This document shows positions 1 through 8,265 of a stretch of DNA of 64,000 bases, piece after piece; position 1 is the stretch's first letter; each line of letters opens with the position of its first letter. The stretch is from Methylococcaceae bacterium UBA2780 (GTDB lineage Bacteria > Pseudomonadota > Gammaproteobacteria > Methylococcales > UBA2780), in contig DEIG01000009.1 in NCBI GenBank assembly GCA_002352345.1, positions 7,573 to 71,572 on the forward strand. Direction: 5' to 3'. The notes beneath the pieces were generated by a model, which had not been told where the DNA came from, made no database searches, and was given only the letters and a program-made list of their open reading frames with translations. Both the position numbers and the translations under genes were made by a program.

Positions 1-34
1 GCTTAAAAAAGAGAGTGTCGGTTGCAGCGTCCAT
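1..34 (-). CDS. 5' end (11 codons) of an unidentified gene running off the left edge
   Basis: ATG at 34..32 (minus) is preceded by AGGAG (complement of 41-45) and lies 16 nt after the stop of the upstream co-directional ORF. It reads MDAATDTLFFK and is too short to name. Confidence 0.35.
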   Translation of the reverse strand, partial: MDAATDTLFFK

Positions 35-49
35 AATGTCCTCCTTCTC

Positions 50-355
50 CTATTCCTTGGATACCAAAGAGGGTGACTTGCCGTCGGGTTCTTGCTCTAA
101 AAAAACAGCGACCGTCTTTTTCAGTAAACCACTTTTCAGCTTAACCTGCTCTAGCAGACTGTTTGCCAGCGCAATCTGAAAAGATGACTGATCACGGCTG
201 GAATCAAGCTCTTTTTGTATTGCGCGTAATTGCGCCTGCTCTTCTTTACTTGTGGCAGAAGAGATAAAGCTGTTAATTAGGCGTTGCCGTTTTTTCTCAA
301 ACAGTTCGGGGCTTTTTGCTAATGACTGCAACTTATCAAAATCTTCTACATCCAT
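50..355 (-). CDS. small helical hypothetical protein (DUF3135-like)
   Basis: 101-aa ORF. The pattern DFDKLQSLAKSPELFEKKRQRLINSFI resembles DUF3135 small proteins as I recall them; this was not searched. Confidence 0.5.
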   Translation of the reverse strand: MDVEDFDKLQSLAKSPELFEKKRQRLINSFISSATSKEEQAQLRAIQKELDSSRDQSSFQIALANSLLEQVKLKSGLLKKTVAVFLEQEPDGKSPSLVSKE

Positions 356-624
356 CTATTTCATCCCTTTATTTCCGGTAACCAATTTCTAGGAAATAGT
401 CTAGTTTGATCTGGGTCAAATAATATGGGCAATAATCCCCAATACCTCTAGGAAATTGTCACAAGCGAGTTCGGCCGATGTTTTCCCTGTGGTGTATAGA
501 GTGCTTTAAGGTATCCTTAACGCTTAGCTTTTCTAGGATGAGAAAAGACAAACTTTATAATTACGAAGCTGCCAACACGGAAAACATCTTGTAGCGCTTC
601 CACTAGCAGTAATTAAGAAAAATA

Positions 625-1842
625 TTGTCCTACTCGAACCTATCTAAGAATGAGCTAATTGAGCTCCTTGAAATGCGTGATAGTACCCACTCTGAAAGTA
701 CTCGCAGCAGGCCAGCAGAAGAAAAAGTCGCGCACTCAACACTGAACTTATTGCAAGTAGTCCTTAATACGATTGACGAGCCCATTTATATCGTCGACCT
801 GGTAAATGATGAGATTATTTTTGCAAATAAAAAAATTGATGAACTGTTTGGAGATGTTATTGGAGCACGTTGCTGGGAAACACTCCAAAAAGGCCAAGAT
901 GGTCCATGCCATTTCTGTACAAACCACTATCTAGTCGATAAAAATAGCCGGCCAACCGGCGTTTACCGATCAAGATATAAAAATAACTTAACGGAAAGTT
1001 GGTATCAATGCTGTGACAAGGCATTTAAGTGGACAAATGGGCGCATGGTTGCGATAAAAACATCTGTCGATGTAACAGCGATTGTAGAATCAAATCTCTC
1101 GGTAAAAAAATTATTCGAACAGAACAGATCACTCACTCAGAAGGCACTCAATTTACGCGATAAAGAGCGCAAACAGCTATCTTTGGATCTGCATGATGAG
1201 TTAGGCCAGATTGGTACGGCTATCAAGTTAAATGCGGAGTTTCTTCTCGCGCAAGAAAAAGTAAAAACGACAGAGGAAAACAACGCTCTTAAAGATATAG
1301 TCAGCCTTACTAGTGACTTTTTAAAGACGACTCATAATATAAGCAACCGACTAAACCCCCAGACTCTTATCTCAAACTTAACTATCAGTGAATTACTGAG
1401 TGAGCTATTTGAAGAATGGTTACTTAGAAACAGGAAAATAAAAGGTGGAATTAGTTTCAATATAGATCACTGCTTAGACTCTTGCTTGGGCACTAATCAT
1501 AAAGAAATCTTGTTTAGAACCTTACAAGAGGCGCTGACGAATATTTCTCGACACTCAAAAGCAACTCAGGTCACCGTAAGCTGTAACGCTTCAAAAAGAG
1601 ACATGGATAAAGTTGGCTCCCCAAAAGGGGCCACCTACATTTTTAAGATGAAGATTAGTGATGATGGAGTGGGCTTTCCTGAATCCACCGATAGTAGAAA
1701 TTTGGGCCTAACATATATGAATGAAAGAATAACTTCACAAAGAGGCAACCTAAGTACGGGCCGGTCTATTATGGGTGGAGCAGAAGTTCTGATGCAGCTC
1801 CCATGCACGATTCAAAAGGGGCATATAAAAAACAATGGCTAG
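625..1842 (+). CDS. cytoplasmic sensor histidine kinase, NarX/NreB type (HisKA_3) with Cys-cluster PAS-like domain
   Basis: H-box LHDELGQ. HATPase motifs EALTNISRHS and DDGVGF. No TM segment. The N-terminal PAS-like region carries C83-x11-C95-x2-C98 plus C129-C130. The track start is TTG, so the true start is uncertain. Confidence 0.85.
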   Translation: MSYSNLSKNELIELLEMRDSTHSESTRSRPAEEKVAHSTLNLLQVVLNTIDEPIYIVDLVNDEIIFANKKIDELFGDVIGARCWETLQKGQDGPCHFCTNHYLVDKNSRPTGVYRSRYKNNLTESWYQCCDKAFKWTNGRMVAIKTSVDVTAIVESNLSVKKLFEQNRSLTQKALNLRDKERKQLSLDLHDELGQIGTAIKLNAEFLLAQEKVKTTEENNALKDIVSLTSDFLKTTHNISNRLNPQTLISNLTISELLSELFEEWLLRNRKIKGGISFNIDHCLDSCLGTNHKEILFRTLQEALTNISRHSKATQVTVSCNASKRDMDKVGSPKGATYIFKMKISDDGVGFPESTDSRNLGLTYMNERITSQRGNLSTGRSIMGGAEVLMQLPCTIQKGHIKNNG

Positions 1843-2482
1843 CATACTTATTGTTGATGATCATGAGATTGTACGGGCAGGCTTCAAACGTATTTTTGAA
1901 GCAAGTGGGCTGCATGAGGTTATCGGTGAGGCCTCTTCTTCTGAAGAGGGCGTCACCGCCTTTAAAGTCTTATCACCTGATCTTGTTATTATGGATGTCA
2001 TGATGCCTGGAGGAGATATTTCCAGCGCAATCCAACGGATCAAGAACCACGATAAAAACGCCCGTGTTCTAATTGTAACGCTTTATGATCACCCAAGTTT
2101 GGCCGAACGGTGTTTTAAAGTTGGTGCCCGTGGCTTTGTTACAAAGGCGAGTAGCGGCCAAGTTTTAATACAGGCGATAAATGAGCTGTTAAATGGTCAG
2201 CGATTTCTCAGCCCTGACCTCTCTGAAAAAATTGCACTCAATCAATTGGATGGCACCAATCTAAATTCTCTAGAATGCTTAAGCCCGCGAGAACTTGAGG
2301 TCTTTATGCGTATTGCCAGAGGACAGTCTATAGCTGAAATTTCAGACCAGATGCACTTGTCGAAAAAAACAGTATCGAATTACTCAAGCCGAATCAAAAA
2401 ACATTTGAATGTCACTACAACCGCTGAATTTGTGCATCTTGCTATTCAAGAGGGAATTGTTTCCTGTAGTGAACACCAATGA
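1835..2482 (+). CDS. response regulator, NarL/LuxR family
   Basis: REC domain (ILIVDDHEIVR, DLVIMDVMMPG). C-terminal GerE/LuxR HTH (LSPRELEVFMRIARGQSIAEISDQMHLSKKTVSNYSSRIKKHL). Overlaps the kinase gene by 8 nt. Confidence 0.92.
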   Translation: MASILIVDDHEIVRAGFKRIFEASGLHEVIGEASSSEEGVTAFKVLSPDLVIMDVMMPGGDISSAIQRIKNHDKNARVLIVTLYDHPSLAERCFKVGARGFVTKASSGQVLIQAINELLNGQRFLSPDLSEKIALNQLDGTNLNSLECLSPRELEVFMRIARGQSIAEISDQMHLSKKTVSNYSSRIKKHLNVTTTAEFVHLAIQEGIVSCSEHQ

Positions 2483-2546
2483 GGCACTTGAGTTAAATGC
2501 CAGGCTGTTTATAGGTTAAATTTCTATTGATAAATCGAGGGTAAAG

Positions 2547-2696
2547 ATGGAAAAAGTTGAAACAAATGAATCTTGGCTCTGGTCTCCTTCTTTACGTGTT
2601 GGTGTTGATGCAATAGATGAAGATCATAAACAGCTGTTTAAGCTTTTTAATGATGCCCACTCGCTTTGTCGAGAGCATAAACGCTTCCAATCTTGA
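2547..2696 (+). pseudogene. truncated bacteriohemerythrin-like gene (N-terminal 49 codons only)
   Basis: ATG at 2547 has a GAGGG SD. The product MEKVETNESWLWSPSLRVGVDAIDEDHKQLFKLFNDAHSLCREHKRFQS* matches the hemerythrin N-terminal signature W..(l)..vG...iD..Hk.Lf.l.n. The ORF stops after about 1/3 of the usual ~130 aa. No continuation was seen in the frames I read downstream. It is below the ORF-track cutoff. Confidence 0.6.
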
Positions 2697-2758
2697 TAAA
2701 GAGCGCATTCGTAATTAGGCTGTGGTTACACAAGATTAGCATCACGAGGTGGCCCCAA

Positions 2759-2793
2759 CAAAAAAGGCTTAGATGACAAATCATCTAAGCCTT
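2759..2793 (-). terminator. rho-independent terminator downstream of tRNA-Thr
   Basis: 13-bp stem aaggcttagatga/tcatctaagcctt (2764-2776 / 2781-2793) with a 4-nt loop, followed on the minus strand by a T-run. Confidence 0.75.
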
Positions 2794-2802
2794 TGATATG
2801 TA

Positions 2803-2878
2803 TGGAGCTGGTGATGGGACTCGAACCCGCGACCGGCTGATTACAAATCAGCTGCTCTACCAACTGAGCTACACCAGC
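2803..2878 (-). tRNA. tRNA-Thr (anticodon UGU)
   Basis: Minus-strand read is GCTGGTG-TA-GCTCAGTTGGTAGAGC-A-GCTGA-TTTGTAA-TCAGC-CGGTC-GCGGGTTCGAGTCCCAT-CACCAGC-T-CCA. The cloverleaf folds by hand and CCA is encoded. There is one C50-A64 mismatch in the T stem. Confidence 0.88.
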
Positions 2879-2936
2879 ATTTTGAAGCTGTGCTTCAAAG
2901 AGGGGGAATTCTAATCAATCTTTCCGTCGTTGGCAA

Positions 2937-3695
2937 TCAGTTGCAGCTTTTATTGCTCAAATTTATCTTAATTTCCGCATCTGACTGCATCTTTGTTATC
3001 TCAACCAGCTTTTTAAGCTGCTTATCTGTACGAAATCTAAGTAGAAACTGTTCTCGATTCACTTTATGGGGTTTTATCTCCAGCTCTACCCCTTTAGCTG
3101 CCCATTCTGCCCTAACGTCCTCTGCACGTTTCTGCTCCTTAAACATGCCGAGTGAGATTGCGCCTTTCCTGAGCCCTTTTCTAAAGAGCCAATAATCCTT
3201 AACCCCTTGGTTTTTTAATAGCTTAACGTTGGCCCTGGCCTCTTTCATATTTGGTGCAGCAGGGTACATCACCCAATAACCCGCATTTTCAGCCATTTTA
3301 TTAACTATAATTTCAGACTGCACCTCGCTTTCTTTCAAGCTATTTTGTAGGGCTTCTGCAATCGCCTTTTCTCTGATTAGGCTTGTCTGGTAACAGACAG
3401 GCTGCGTACTGAATGACGGCACAGCGTCTTCTTTTTGCTTAGAAACATCATTGGCTACAAGCTTCATTTCTTTAGGCTTCTCTACCACCTCCTTGATTTG
3501 TTTCGGGAGCTCCTTAGCTATGATTTTCTCAGCTTTTTCTACGGACTCTACTTTTAGCTCACTCACTAAAACGATCGATTCTAAGGATGGATCTACCACC
3601 AGCTGTGAATTTTGCCCCTGTTTTGGCTGAATATTAGTAGCCCACAAGTAGAAGACAACATTCCCCAACAATAAAAGGAAAAATAGTTTTTTCAT
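2937..3695 (-). CDS. SPOR domain-containing membrane protein
   Basis: N-terminal TM anchor, a charged linker and a C-terminal SPOR-like fold (GYWVMYPAAPNMKEARANVKLLKNQGVKDYWLF...ISLGMFKEQKRAEDV). It occupies the usual position after birA-coaX. Confidence 0.7.
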   Translation of the reverse strand: MKKLFFLLLLGNVVFYLWATNIQPKQGQNSQLVVDPSLESIVLVSELKVESVEKAEKIIAKELPKQIKEVVEKPKEMKLVANDVSKQKEDAVPSFSTQPVCYQTSLIREKAIAEALQNSLKESEVQSEIIVNKMAENAGYWVMYPAAPNMKEARANVKLLKNQGVKDYWLFRKGLRKGAISLGMFKEQKRAEDVRAEWAAKGVELEIKPHKVNREQFLLRFRTDKQLKKLVEITKMQSDAEIKINLSNKSCN

Positions 3696-4447
3696 TTTGC
3701 TTGATCCTGAATAATCACAGACAATCCTTTTAATGCCAAATCACTTACTAGTCTAACATCACAATTTAGGTGGCTTTTTATCAGTTCAGCATCGCCGCCT
3801 GTCAAAATAAGTTGAAATATTTCCCTGTGCTCTTTTTCTAGCTCACGAACCACTCTTTCAATTAAACCTGCTATTGAGTGGATCGCACCATTTTGAACCG
3901 CATCCGCTGTACATTTCCCAAGAAAGCCTGATGACTTGTTCCCAGCTTCTGCAATATCGCTTGTATTGTTTAGCAGGGCACTTTTCATAAGCTGGACCCC
4001 TGGCGTAATCATCCCCCCCAAATGCTCTCCATTTTTGTTGAGTACATCAACAGTCACCGCTGTTCCGCAATCGACAACACAGACTGGTGCCTTATTTATT
4101 GCATGGGCGCCGATAAGACAAACCCATCTATCAACACCTAACTTTAACGGGCTTTGATAGCTATTGGTGACGCCATAACTTTGTTTTACTGGCTGAATAA
4201 AAGCGCTACTCACTCCCCAACGATCTAGGCACCAGATTTCTATCTCTTTAGCAATTTCGGCACCACCAACATTAGAAACAGCAACAGTCACGATACCGCT
4301 TAGCTCTCCCCAGTGGTTATCAAACAGTGTGTCTACTTGCTGCCCTTTGTAAGCAAATGCATCTCCTGCATGCAATTTCTCCTCTTTCAAAAGCGCCCAT
4401 TTGAGCCGACTATTGCCCACATCCAGCAGTAAAGCATGATCAAGCAT
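3692..4447 (-). CDS. coaX: type III pantothenate kinase
   Basis: MLDHALLLDVGNSRLKW... (DxGNS/T motif) and a CoaX-like body. The start was trimmed from the track to the ATG at 4447, which overlaps the birA stop by 8 nt. Confidence 0.9.
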   Translation of the reverse strand: MLDHALLLDVGNSRLKWALLKEEKLHAGDAFAYKGQQVDTLFDNHWGELSGIVTVAVSNVGGAEIAKEIEIWCLDRWGVSSAFIQPVKQSYGVTNSYQSPLKLGVDRWVCLIGAHAINKAPVCVVDCGTAVTVDVLNKNGEHLGGMITPGVQLMKSALLNNTSDIAEAGNKSSGFLGKCTADAVQNGAIHSIAGLIERVVRELEKEHREIFQLILTGGDAELIKSHLNCDVRLVSDLALKGLSVIIQDQAK

Positions 4448-5450
4448 CTTGATTATCATCCACGACACGCAAACTGACCTCACCAGAGGCGTACGATTTG
4501 CGTTGACCCAGCTCATCTTCAAACATGAGCAAGCCTGATTTATCTATCCCTAGAGCTGTTCCAATTAGCAATTCTTTGCCAATTCGAAGGGTCGCTCTTT
4601 TTTCTGCCATGCAATCCATTTGTGACCATTCTTCGTGGTATTCGGTTAAGCCTGTTTGGTCAAAATTTTCTAAAATAGGGAAGAGTTCGTTGAGCAGACG
4701 AGCCGCTATTCTGTTTCTAGAGACAACCCCACTACCCATCATTTTCGTAAGATCTGTCCAGGGTTGATCAATCTCTTCCGCGGACTGACCGGGCAGATCA
4801 ACATTCAATCCAACTCCGACAATAACGGTGCAGGGCCCCAGTGCATCCCCCATGATCTCTATCAGAATCCCTCCCAGTTTTTTTCCATTACTAAAGATAT
4901 CATTGGGCCACTTCAAACCAACATCAGAAAACCCCTCTTGGTTCAATGCTCGAATTGCCGCGACTCCAACAGCTAAGCTTAACCCTGAAAGGATTGCAGG
5001 CCCAGCTTCGTATTGCCATAAGGATGAAAGATAGATATTGCGGCCAAATGGTGAAACCCATGTTCGCCCCAGCCGGCCTCGCCCATTCGTCTGGCTTTCG
5101 GCCAAGCAAACTGCTCCCGAACTCGCTCCCAAATGAACCGCCTTGGATAGCTGCCCATTGGTCGAATCTATTGAGTCATAAATCTCTAGGCTAGATAGCT
5201 GTTTCGCAACAGCCAGCTCTAAGTGGGAGTGAATCAAGTCTGATTCAAGGAGCTCGAGTGGTGGATTAAGGCGGTACCCTCTTCCTGTTACGGAATGGAG
5301 CCCTAACCCAAGCCTCTTCAATTCATTAGTGTGATTCCAAATTGCTGTCCGACTCAAACCAAGTTGGCCTGACAACTTACGGCCAGAGTGAAACTGACCA
5401 TCTGCCAATAACTTTAGTAATTCTTTCTGTACCGATTTCAGCGCCATCAA
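4440..5450 (-). CDS. birA: bifunctional biotin-[acetyl-CoA-carboxylase] ligase / biotin operon repressor
   Basis: N-terminal wHTH (SGRKLSGQLGLSRTAIWNHTNELKRLG). Ligase motif QTNGRGRLGRTW and KWPNDI. Confidence 0.93.
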   Translation of the reverse strand: MMALKSVQKELLKLLADGQFHSGRKLSGQLGLSRTAIWNHTNELKRLGLGLHSVTGRGYRLNPPLELLESDLIHSHLELAVAKQLSSLEIYDSIDSTNGQLSKAVHLGASSGAVCLAESQTNGRGRLGRTWVSPFGRNIYLSSLWQYEAGPAILSGLSLAVGVAAIRALNQEGFSDVGLKWPNDIFSNGKKLGGILIEIMGDALGPCTVIVGVGLNVDLPGQSAEEIDQPWTDLTKMMGSGVVSRNRIAARLLNELFPILENFDQTGLTEYHEEWSQMDCMAEKRATLRIGKELLIGTALGIDKSGLLMFEDELGQRKSYASGEVSLRVVDDNQDA

Positions 5451-5689
5451 ATAGTCTCAGTTATCGCAATTTCGACTATTTGACCATAAACAGCAGAGCG
5501 ATTTAAACCCGCCTTAAACTTTTCCGAATTAATCGCTTTGAATATTCCCTCTGTATAACGTGGGGTTTATCTTTGTAATCTGATATTTAAGCAACGACTC
5601 CTCGAGTGAAATTCCTTATTCGAGCTGAAACAAAGAGAGAACCCTCTAGGCTCGGGAAAGAGATTACTCAGAGGCTATTCACCCAGATT

Positions 5690-6283
5690 TTAATCACTCT
5701 CTTTTCGTATCTGCCGCATTTGCCGCTTAACGATATGCCGAATAAGCACATCACGATCCTGCTCACGAATATTTATATAATCAACTGCCAAACGGTGAGA
5801 GTAATCTTCATTTTCTACCGGTTCACAATAGACCACCCTCCCATACGTAACCAACCCAGTTAGTGCGGGCGGAAGAATCATTTTTACCTCCAACAAACTT
5901 CCAGCCTTTACTTCAAGGTCGGCAAAAAATGAGATGCCCGAGGCACTAATATTTACCTTGCTCGCTGGAAGTTCAGCAACACCTTCCTCTTTCAGTAATA
6001 CCGCTTTTGAAATCAGGTTTATTTTTTGATTTAAAACATCTAAATAACTGGCTATATCTGGATGACTTTTCTCGATTGTTCTAAACAAAAAACCCGATTC
6101 CTGATCAAGATATTCGAGTGTAGCCGTCAGTGAAAAGCCGTCCATCGCCTCCTCTTTAAAGCTCTCACTATCAGGTAGCGCTCCCTCCTCAACTTCCCTA
6201 TAGAACAAGGTAATCTCATCTTCAATCCGAAAGTACCGTCTTCGTTCCCCGGATTTTCCGCCATTATCTGGTCCAGCCATCAC
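5690..6283 (-). CDS. PilZ domain protein (c-di-GMP receptor candidate) co-transcribed with motAB
   Basis: RRRYFR (RxxxR) near the N-terminus and NISASG (D/NxSxxG) about 95 residues later. Lies 21 nt downstream of motB on the same strand. Confidence 0.7.
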   Translation of the reverse strand: MMAGPDNGGKSGERRRYFRIEDEITLFYREVEEGALPDSESFKEEAMDGFSLTATLEYLDQESGFLFRTIEKSHPDIASYLDVLNQKINLISKAVLLKEEGVAELPASKVNISASGISFFADLEVKAGSLLEVKMILPPALTGLVTYGRVVYCEPVENEDYSHRLAVDYINIREQDRDVLIRHIVKRQMRQIRKESD

Positions 6284-6304
6284 TCAACTCCAATCTTTAT
6301 TTAT

Positions 6305-7159
6305 CTATCTAATTACTTGAATAGTACTTTTTCCGTTGCCGCCATCACCACGAACCAGAACGATCTCAACCCGCCTATTTGTTGCTCTATTCGCTCTAGA
6401 GTCATTAGGCACTAACGGCTCAGTATCTGCGTGCCCTTCTACAACTACTCGATCTGGGCTAACACTTCCATCACTTAAAATTCCGTGCGCCACGGTGACG
6501 GCTCTTGCTGAGGAAAGCTCCCAATTAGAACGATACCACTCGGTATTAATCGGAATATCATCTGTATGCCCAGCAACAATTACCTCTCCAGACTGCGCTC
6601 TAACAGCCATCGTAATCTTGTCCATAATCGGTGAAAAACTGCTATTTAAGACAGCACTGCCCGATTGAAAAGAGCCTTTTTCCTGAATCCTGATAACAAT
6701 CCGTTCACCTTGCAGCTGAACAGCCACAAGACCTTTTTTAATCTCATCTTTAAGCGACTCTCGAATTTTTTCGGCCTCTTTTTCTGCCTCTTTTTCCCGT
6801 TGTTCAGCCAACTCTTTTTCAATTCGCTTTTTATCGACGTCGGCCATATCAAGATGTTCTTTCTCCGTAGTGGATTGCTTAACATCATCAACCAACGTCG
6901 GCTTTGTCGTTGCTGGGCTAAAATGCTGCGCAATAACACTTGTTCCCATAGGGAGGTCGTGTGCCCTCACCTCTCTTTGCACACCAAAGGCATCCTTCAT
7001 CGAGCCAGCCATATCTCTAAACTTTTTAACATCCATCGTTGCAAAAGAGAGTAGCAACACAAAAAAGCACATTAAGAGAGACATCAAGTCGGCAAAGGTC
7101 ATTACCCATGCGGGAGAACCTGCTTTACAGGGAGGACAATCTTCTGATTCTTCAGCCAT
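6305..7159 (-). CDS. motB: flagellar stator protein MotB/PomB family (OmpA-like C-terminus)
   Basis: Single TM with the conserved Asp (WVMTFADLMSLLM). C-terminal OmpA/MotB peptidoglycan-binding domain (GHTDDIPI...NWELSSARA...NRRVEI). Confidence 0.9.
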   Translation of the reverse strand: MAEESEDCPPCKAGSPAWVMTFADLMSLLMCFFVLLLSFATMDVKKFRDMAGSMKDAFGVQREVRAHDLPMGTSVIAQHFSPATTKPTLVDDVKQSTTEKEHLDMADVDKKRIEKELAEQREKEAEKEAEKIRESLKDEIKKGLVAVQLQGERIVIRIQEKGSFQSGSAVLNSSFSPIMDKITMAVRAQSGEVIVAGHTDDIPINTEWYRSNWELSSARAVTVAHGILSDGSVSPDRVVVEGHADTEPLVPNDSRANRATNRRVEIVLVRGDGGNGKSTIQVIR

Positions 7160-7182
7160 TTCTTACCCCTTTGGCTAATGCC

Positions 7183-7950
7183 TTACTCACCATCGTCTTC
7201 TTTTGTTCTTTTGTTCTCAGGCAGATAAGTTTGCAGCAATGCCTCCAAAACACGTGGATTAACACCTTCTTGAATTCCTGAAATTGTTTCCATAATCAGA
7301 GACTTGTTTAGCTTCTCGTATTCACTGACCAACGCTAACTTTTCCGATAAAGGAATCGCAAATGCATTCGCAATCACCGCTCCGTACAACGTTGTCAAAA
7401 GAGCAACCGCCATGGCAGGGCCAATACTTGCGGGATCTGACATATTCGCCAGCATCTGCACCAAACCAACCAATGTTCCAATCATTCCCATTGCGGGCGC
7501 CATATCCCCGACAGAACTCCACATTTTCTGCCCCACCTCATGCCGTTTAATCGTAAGGTTAATATCTTGCCCCAGCATTTTCTGAACAAGCGTTGGGTCA
7601 TGGCCATCAACACAAAGGCTGATTCCTTTCTTTAAGAATTCGTTGCCGATCTCCTCGCCTTCAAGCGCCAGAAGACCATTTTTGCGCGCCACATCCGCAA
7701 GCCGAACCGCCTCTTCAATCAAAACAGTCGGATCTTCCCGTTTATTCATGAAGGCCTTTAACGCGACCCCGAATGACCGCAAAAAATCGGCCAGTGGAAT
7801 CCCCATCAATGTCACCATAAAGGTTCCACCAACAACGATTAAAACTGACGGCGTATTAACAAACAGCATGACATCACCACCCGTTGCAATCGCACCGATG
7901 ATAATACCCAAACCGCCCAAAAAACCGATTAGTGTTGCTAAATCCACCAA
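7183..7950 (-). CDS. motA: flagellar stator protein MotA/PomA family
   Basis: 255 aa with 4 TM segments and the MotA/ExbB channel signature (MAPAMGMIGTLVGLVQML...AVALLTTLYGAVIAN). Confidence 0.9.
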   Translation of the reverse strand: MVDLATLIGFLGGLGIIIGAIATGGDVMLFVNTPSVLIVVGGTFMVTLMGIPLADFLRSFGVALKAFMNKREDPTVLIEEAVRLADVARKNGLLALEGEEIGNEFLKKGISLCVDGHDPTLVQKMLGQDINLTIKRHEVGQKMWSSVGDMAPAMGMIGTLVGLVQMLANMSDPASIGPAMAVALLTTLYGAVIANAFAIPLSEKLALVSEYEKLNKSLIMETISGIQEGVNPRVLEALLQTYLPENKRTKEDDGE

Positions 7951-8265
7951 CTACTCCCTAGATTTATTAGCTTTCAAACAGAGCAACTCATTCGAAACTG
8001 CTGAGTTACGCATACACTAATAAAAGTAGCAGTAAACTAAAAAATGTGGAGGGCTAGGCCAATTTTTCAACAAAAAAATCTTTCAAACTTTCCTATAACC
8101 TTTTAATTTCAAGCACTCCCACTTTCACTCAATGAACCGCACCCTCAAGCGGTTTAAGAACAAGAAGATAATTCAATTAAACAGAATAGTTCCGAGGCAG
8201 TTTCTATTCGCTAAATTCAATTCCTGAATACTGTATAATGCCCGCTGAAATTTTAAGGAGCTCCT

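Noticed and set aside
907-921. Possible heme-c CXXCH motif in the kinase PAS domain (PCHFCT)
   Set aside because: The sequence is C-H-F-C-T. The residue after the second Cys is Thr, not His, and the protein is cytoplasmic, so it is not a c-type heme site.
1803-2003. 66-aa and 60-aa ORFs overlapping the kinase/regulator junction
   Set aside because: They are out of frame with, or antisense to, the clearly recognisable response-regulator REC domain.
2803-2878. tRNA-Thr as a pseudo-tRNA because of a C50-A64 mismatch in the T stem
   Set aside because: All other stems, the conserved D and T-loop residues, the anticodon loop and the encoded CCA are intact, and a dedicated terminator follows. A single mismatch is tolerated.
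2483-2936. Integrated mobile element or genomic-island boundary at tRNA-Thr, given the adjacent truncated hemerythrin
   Set aside because: There is no integrase, transposase, direct repeat of the tRNA 3' end or inverted repeats anywhere nearby. Only the gene remnant itself is present.
3692-4522. Extended N-termini given by the ORF track for coaX, guaA (to 34108), hisS (to 44450), iscR (to 48857), hisE (to 54318), the M23 peptidase (from 37841), hemD (from 61197) and the DUF523 gene (from 18136)
   Set aside because: The extensions overlap upstream genes or terminators and precede the conserved family N-termini. Internal ATG/GTG starts with SDs or translational-coupling overlaps were used instead.
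7951-8100. sigma28 (FliA) promoter upstream of motA (gAAAGTTT … GTTGAAAA on the minus strand)
   Set aside because: The spacing is 2 nt longer than the consensus, and the -10 matches only 5/8 of GCCGATAA. This is too weak to report as a feature.
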